This document shows, in pieces, positions 26,174-29,742 of a stretch of 29,742 bases of DNA (its first letter is position 1; each line of letters starts with the position of its first letter). Below the pieces are notes generated by a model. It worked only from the letters and a program-made list of their open reading frames with translations, ran no database searches and was not told the DNA's origin. The DNA is from a virus (Duplodnaviria > Caudoviricetes). Where the stretch lies: positions 1 through 29,742 of the IMG/VR virus record IMGVR_UViG_3300027791_000090; one strand, given 5' to 3'. A program made the position numbers and the translations under genes.

Positions 26174-26769
26174 TATCCTAAATCTTCACTAGTGACATTG
26201 GTTGAAATGATATTAGATCCGACACGAAGTTCTCCATACAATAATGGTATGGGAAAACCCTGAACAGCATTATTTTCTAAATTGGTAAAAATGTAGCTAG
26301 ACATATCAATCTTGCTTTCTGCCGTCTGAGGCTTTGGAGTCTCAATAGGAAATAATAAAGACATAATGCCTTGAATCAGCATTCCAACCGCCAAATTAGC
26401 CAAAAACCCACCACTAGCTAAAGCCGTGCCTAGCGCACTTAAAGCCCCAGCTACGAATCCACCTATACCCGTGACAACCGCCGCTATCGCAGTAAAAACA
26501 AACGCGCCAGTTATGGTTGGGACAATATGTATTTCTTTAGGAGCGTTCGCTGAAGATAATTCATCAATCGTCTCCCATTTTTTATCTGGGTTTTGGGGGT
26601 CTATAAAAGCATAACTCAAGCCTTCCTTGAATTTAGAAAGCAAAAAATTCCTAACTCCTGGATTATTAGCCTCTAAAGCGCTAGTAATCTCCAAAAGCTT
26701 CTTTACTTTAAATTTATGAGTCGTCCCATAAATTTCTCCAAATTCTCCGTGTATAATTACATTAGTCAT
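26173..26769 (-). CDS. Tail assembly protein, lambda gpI-like
   Basis: IHGEFGEIYG, ALEANNPG, IHIVPTITGA, Gly/Ala hydrophobic stretch, SYIF..LEN..VQGFPIPLLYGELRVGS. Confidence 0.9.
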   Translation of the reverse strand: MTNVIIHGEFGEIYGTTHKFKVKKLLEITSALEANNPGVRNFLLSKFKEGLSYAFIDPQNPDKKWETIDELSSANAPKEIHIVPTITGAFVFTAIAAVVTGIGGFVAGALSALGTALASGGFLANLAVGMLIQGIMSLLFPIETPKPQTAESKIDMSSYIFTNLENNAVQGFPIPLLYGELRVGSNIISTNVTSEDLG

Positions 26770-27154
26770 CCAAAAATTCCTTTAACATTATTACACCTTT
26801 TTCCGATCTTTGGAAATTAGGCATATCAAATAAATTAAACCTCTCTGTAGATAAAGAGTATATTAAAAATGGATAGAGGCAGTTTTTTGAATTCTCTATG
26901 TCATATTCGGACGGATCTTCCCTACCATTTACGTGAGTGTGAAATATAGCCAACAAATCTCCTTTTAATTTTACCTGCAAAAAATCCGCTGGGTTAATTA
27001 AAAATATATCATCATCACTCGAATGATTTTTGGCGGGCTTGAAAATCAACCCTCCATCTTTATAACAAATAAAGCCGCAAACTTCTTTTTTTAAGTCCGT
27101 ATTAGCGTATTCAATTAAATCTTTTTTAAAACTATCCTTTAGGTGGGTATGCAT
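26762..27154 (-). CDS. gpK-like JAB/MPN metalloprotease domain
   Basis: KEVCGFI, AKN, FHTHV...PSEYD (JAMM motif); lies between L and I. ATG 27154 preferred to TTG 27175. Confidence 0.85.
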   Translation of the reverse strand: MHTHLKDSFKKDLIEYANTDLKKEVCGFICYKDGGLIFKPAKNHSSDDDIFLINPADFLQVKLKGDLLAIFHTHVNGREDPSEYDIENSKNCLYPFLIYSLSTERFNLFDMPNFQRSEKGVIMLKEFLDD

Positions 27155-28133
27155 GAGTTCCTGGAAATCCTCCAAATCTTAGTCCATTTTTTCCAAATCT
27201 TAGTTTGCAGGCAGACAATTTTTTTGAACATTCATCTCTTTGCCAATTTTTAGATATTGGCGGGAAATTTTCATTTCCAGATATAGTGCCCTCTCCGACA
27301 CACACATAAAAAGTACGCAATGGCTTTATCGAAGCATTGTTTATTGAGCTTTCTGAATCGTCGTCAGAAACGTCATGATTGGCTATTTCTGTGTATACAT
27401 GCTGTCCTTTAGTATAACTCGTTGAACCGCTCCATCTGCCTTTAAATTGTGCAGAAGAGGTCGATACTACAGTTCCGCTAGAGTCTCTAAAATCATCATC
27501 GTTTGCCGCCTTTATAGGTTCTTGACTGTAAAGACATCCATGCCCCCTATATATCCATGTGCAGTATTTTGAATATACATTCCTGTTCGGAAGGTAACTA
27601 TTGTCTAATTCAAAAACAGTGGATAGTTCCAGTTCCACCAGATCTTTTGTTTCTGTAGTCCTCCTGTTTATATAAAAGGTTTGATCTGGCAAGTACGAAC
27701 TTGCAGAAGCTTCACTGCTCTGAGTGTTTATATCGAAATACGGGTTTTTTCCTCCTTCAAAATTAACATCATCTAAAAACCTAGCGAAAGTTCTTTTTCT
27801 TACTACCTTTGCTCCGATTAAGTTGTTATGTACTTTTAGATATTTTGATATTGTATATTGTATATTCGATACTTTTAATCTTGGTCTAGGGAGGCTATTG
27901 TCGCCCTTCACCTCAAAACCGCTAGTCTCCATTGGGTAAGATATATATTCTTGACCTTGCCATACAATTCTTTCCGCAAGAGCTCCTTTTCTAGTAGTCA
28001 TCGTGGGAGACAAAGCCAATACGCTATTTTGATCTACTGGCCAGCCATAATAGATCAAATAAAATTCTAGCATTTGACTTGGCTCGAGAGACATAGCCTC
28101 AGATGCTACTTTTTGATCTATTCCTTCTGCCAT
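27132..28133 (-). CDS. Minor tail protein, lambda gpL-like (Fe-S)
   Basis: WQGQEY..YP....GFE....LPRPRLKVSN, GAKVVRKRTFARFLD..NF, CTWIYRGHGC, CSKKLSACKLRF, FGGFPG. Confidence 0.93.
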   Translation of the reverse strand: MAEGIDQKVASEAMSLEPSQMLEFYLIYYGWPVDQNSVLALSPTMTTRKGALAERIVWQGQEYISYPMETSGFEVKGDNSLPRPRLKVSNIQYTISKYLKVHNNLIGAKVVRKRTFARFLDDVNFEGGKNPYFDINTQSSEASASSYLPDQTFYINRRTTETKDLVELELSTVFELDNSYLPNRNVYSKYCTWIYRGHGCLYSQEPIKAANDDDFRDSSGTVVSTSSAQFKGRWSGSTSYTKGQHVYTEIANHDVSDDDSESSINNASIKPLRTFYVCVGEGTISGNENFPPISKNWQRDECSKKLSACKLRFGKNGLRFGGFPGTHAYPPKG

Positions 28134-28173
28134 ATTTATCTTTACACTTCGTTTGCTTGTTTTATTATATATT
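28134..28173. promoter_or_regulatory. Compact divergent promoter region
   Basis: Minus strand: GTGTAA (28147-28142), 8 nt before the gpL ATG. Plus strand: TTTACA(28141-46)-N16-TATTAT(28163-68), 5 nt before ATG 28174. Confidence 0.5.
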
Positions 28174-28770
28174 ATGTTGCCCAGAATTAAAGACTTGTTT
28201 TATATATATCAAAAAAATATATATTCAATTTTGTCTAATGTAAGCGTCTCAGAATATGATTTTATAGCCGAATCTTTAGACAACATAACCGAAGACGATA
28301 TCTGTGACAACGAACACCTTTCTTGCTATTCCTTTGTAATTAGCATAGAAGGGGGAGAGATAAACCCCTCAAGATTTATTATTGGAACAAAAACCAATCC
28401 AGACCTATTTGAAAAAAATGCGTTGAATATGTTAAATACTTTAAATATATGCCCCATAACCCCCAATGGGTTCAAATGGTATGGTGTTGGTTGGGATATA
28501 AAAAATGATCAAATAAAAATATATTTTTTAAAAAATGACCTTTCTCAAATATACTGCAAAGAATACCGTAGGAGCTCATCTGAAAAAATAAAAGAAAAGC
28601 TTTACGATGTAGGCGAAAAATTCACAAAAATGTACAAAGACGATGAAATAATAGATCAAATTAACTCAAACAACTATGACAACAAAATTGTCAATAAAAT
28701 GGTATCTTTTGGGTTTAATTTAGACACTTACAGTGAGTACAAGGATAAAGTAACATTATACTTTGATTAG
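28174..28770 (+). CDS. Hypothetical protein
   Basis: Long AT-rich ORF. ATG 28174 preferred to TTG 28153. Confidence 0.65.
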   Translation: MLPRIKDLFYIYQKNIYSILSNVSVSEYDFIAESLDNITEDDICDNEHLSCYSFVISIEGGEINPSRFIIGTKTNPDLFEKNALNMLNTLNICPITPNGFKWYGVGWDIKNDQIKIYFLKNDLSQIYCKEYRRSSSEKIKEKLYDVGEKFTKMYKDDEIIDQINSNNYDNKIVNKMVSFGFNLDTYSEYKDKVTLYFD

Positions 28771-28776
28771 AGCAAA

Positions 28777-29304
28777 ATGAACAGAGATAAATACGAATTT
28801 TCTAATTATGAGAATTTCGATGAGGTTCATAAAATAGCCAAATTGCAATTTAAAAAAATTATTAAAAATTTCAATCAATATGACTTTAAGGATAATTTTG
28901 AAGACCTGTTTTATGGGGGCGATAGCTGTCATAAACTTTTTTTGAGAAAAAATGGCGTTATATTATGCGGGACATTAGCCTTCTTATTCGAAGACTGCGC
29001 TTTTTGTGACATATTTTTTTGGAATGAATTGCATCAAAAGACCAATACAATGGAATTTAGATACTTTTGCGAGAGATTCTTTAGAGACACTAATAAAATT
29101 GGCATTAAAAATATGATAGTGCCAATGGATAAATCTAGATTAAAACATGAATCTTTTAAAAAATACTGCCAAAAACTTTATTTTACAAAGGACGAACACT
29201 TTATTTGCGATAAAATTATAAAAAAAGAATACAAAAACCATTATCTTTTGAAAGTGAATTACGAAAACTATTTTAAGAAATTTAAAGGAGTAAAAAGAGT
29301 GTAA
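28777..29304 (+). CDS. Hypothetical protein, weak GNAT-like pattern
   Basis: 175-aa AT-rich ORF; KLFLRKNGVILCG...FCDIFF...KIGIKNMIV loosely resembles GNAT strand order. Confidence 0.6.
   Translation: MNRDKYEFSNYENFDEVHKIAKLQFKKIIKNFNQYDFKDNFEDLFYGGDSCHKLFLRKNGVILCGTLAFLFEDCAFCDIFFWNELHQKTNTMEFRYFCERFFRDTNKIGIKNMIVPMDKSRLKHESFKKYCQKLYFTKDEHFICDKIIKKEYKNHYLLKVNYENYFKKFKGVKRV
29299..29304 (+). promoter_or_regulatory. GTGTAA motif, candidate phage-specific promoter
   Basis: GTGTAA 9 nt before ATG 29314. Confidence 0.5.
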
Positions 29305-29313
29305 TACATATAT

Positions 29314-29673
29314 ATGTCGGAAAATCCAAATTTATTGAGAAGTGAAATTAAAGGAACATCTGATCGCGATCTTCTCGCGGGAGGTCATTTTGAGTCTAGA
29401 ATAACTGCTTTAGGTGTCATATACCCAATTGAAGAGACTCAGAATTTTCACATGTTTTCGAAAATTATACAAGAGTTAAACAGAAAACTAGATCAATACG
29501 GATTATATAGTAATATTATCCAAGATACTGATGCAGGATTTAGACCATTAAACCTTGGTTCTTTCTTCGGAGAGACCGTAAGCGTCAACTATCCTGATTT
29601 TTTACAATTACAAAATAACGAATTTTTACTTCAACAAGACGGATTTAGATTAATTTTAGAGCAAGACGTTTAG
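29314..29673 (+). CDS. Hypothetical, probably virion-associated protein
   Basis: Ends FLQLQNNEFLLQQDGFRLILEQ, an LLxEDGxxILLE-type motif common in phage fibre-associated proteins. Confidence 0.65.
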   Translation: MSENPNLLRSEIKGTSDRDLLAGGHFESRITALGVIYPIEETQNFHMFSKIIQELNRKLDQYGLYSNIIQDTDAGFRPLNLGSFFGETVSVNYPDFLQLQNNEFLLQQDGFRLILEQDV

Positions 29674-29686
29674 AGCAATAATAATC

Positions 29687-29742
29687 ATGGCGAACAAAAA
29701 AATACCAGAACTTACGGAACTTGCTTCAGTTAACTCAGCAAC
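29687..29742 (+). CDS. N-terminus of a putative fibre/structural protein (partial)
   Basis: MANKKIPELTELASVNSA..., an MAxKKIxxL start typical of phage fibre proteins; runs off the window edge. Confidence 0.6.
   Translation, partial: MANKKIPELTELASVNSA

Noticed and set aside
26770-26796. GTGTAA upstream of gpI on the minus strand
   Set aside because: It is 21 nt from the ATG and inside the gpK coding sequence, outside the 8-12 nt spacing of the other sites, so it was not counted.
133-27939. Short alternative-frame and antisense ORFs in the track (e.g. 133-447, 947-1150, 2677-2964, 9628-9909, 22265-22717, 25230-25511)
   Set aside because: They lie largely within well-supported genes and show no motifs or start signals; they are shadow ORFs.
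28767-29678. TTAGAGCAA recurring at two stop codons and once in coding sequence
   Set aside because: Too short and AT-rich to distinguish from chance, with no associated structure.
1-29742. Bacterial chromosome or alternative genetic code
   Set aside because: Divergent replication genes packed next to tail genes indicate a phage. Standard code 11 gives full-length genes, and all three stop codons are used.

Overview
AT-rich, densely coding fragment of a large tailed dsDNA bacteriophage (Caudoviricetes, lambda-type tail tip, probably a siphovirus). The host is plausibly an aquatic Verrucomicrobia/PVC bacterium; this is inference from a small DUF4032-like protein and sigma70-type promoters. 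Positions 1-19062 (+) are a replication/recombination and sugar-modification block: SemiSWEET, gmd, RecA, DUF559-like nuclease, DnaB, DnaG, Cas4-like nuclease, a C-family polymerase split into PHP + DnaQ + DnaE core genes, a truncated ClpA/C, a pseudo-kinase, a Whirly-like ssDNA-binding protein, GT4/GT9 glycosyltransferases, a Rad52/Sak-like protein and a GNAT. Positions 19057-28133 (-) are the tail-tip operon (gpL, gpK-JAB, gpI, a 2066-aa gpJ and a hypothetical protein). Positions 28174-29742 (+) hold four further ORFs. Most notable: (1) a Russian-doll nested domain architecture in the gpJ C-terminus; (2) a Whirly-like SSB; (3) a single-AAA Clp ATPase ending in IGF; (4) a GT9 split across two genes around DUF6165; (5) two classes of leaderless or near-leaderless promoters (sigma70 with 16-bp spacers, and a GTGTAA motif). 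No tRNA, rRNA, CRISPR array, integrase or IS element was seen. All family assignments are by-eye motif recognition, not database hits.
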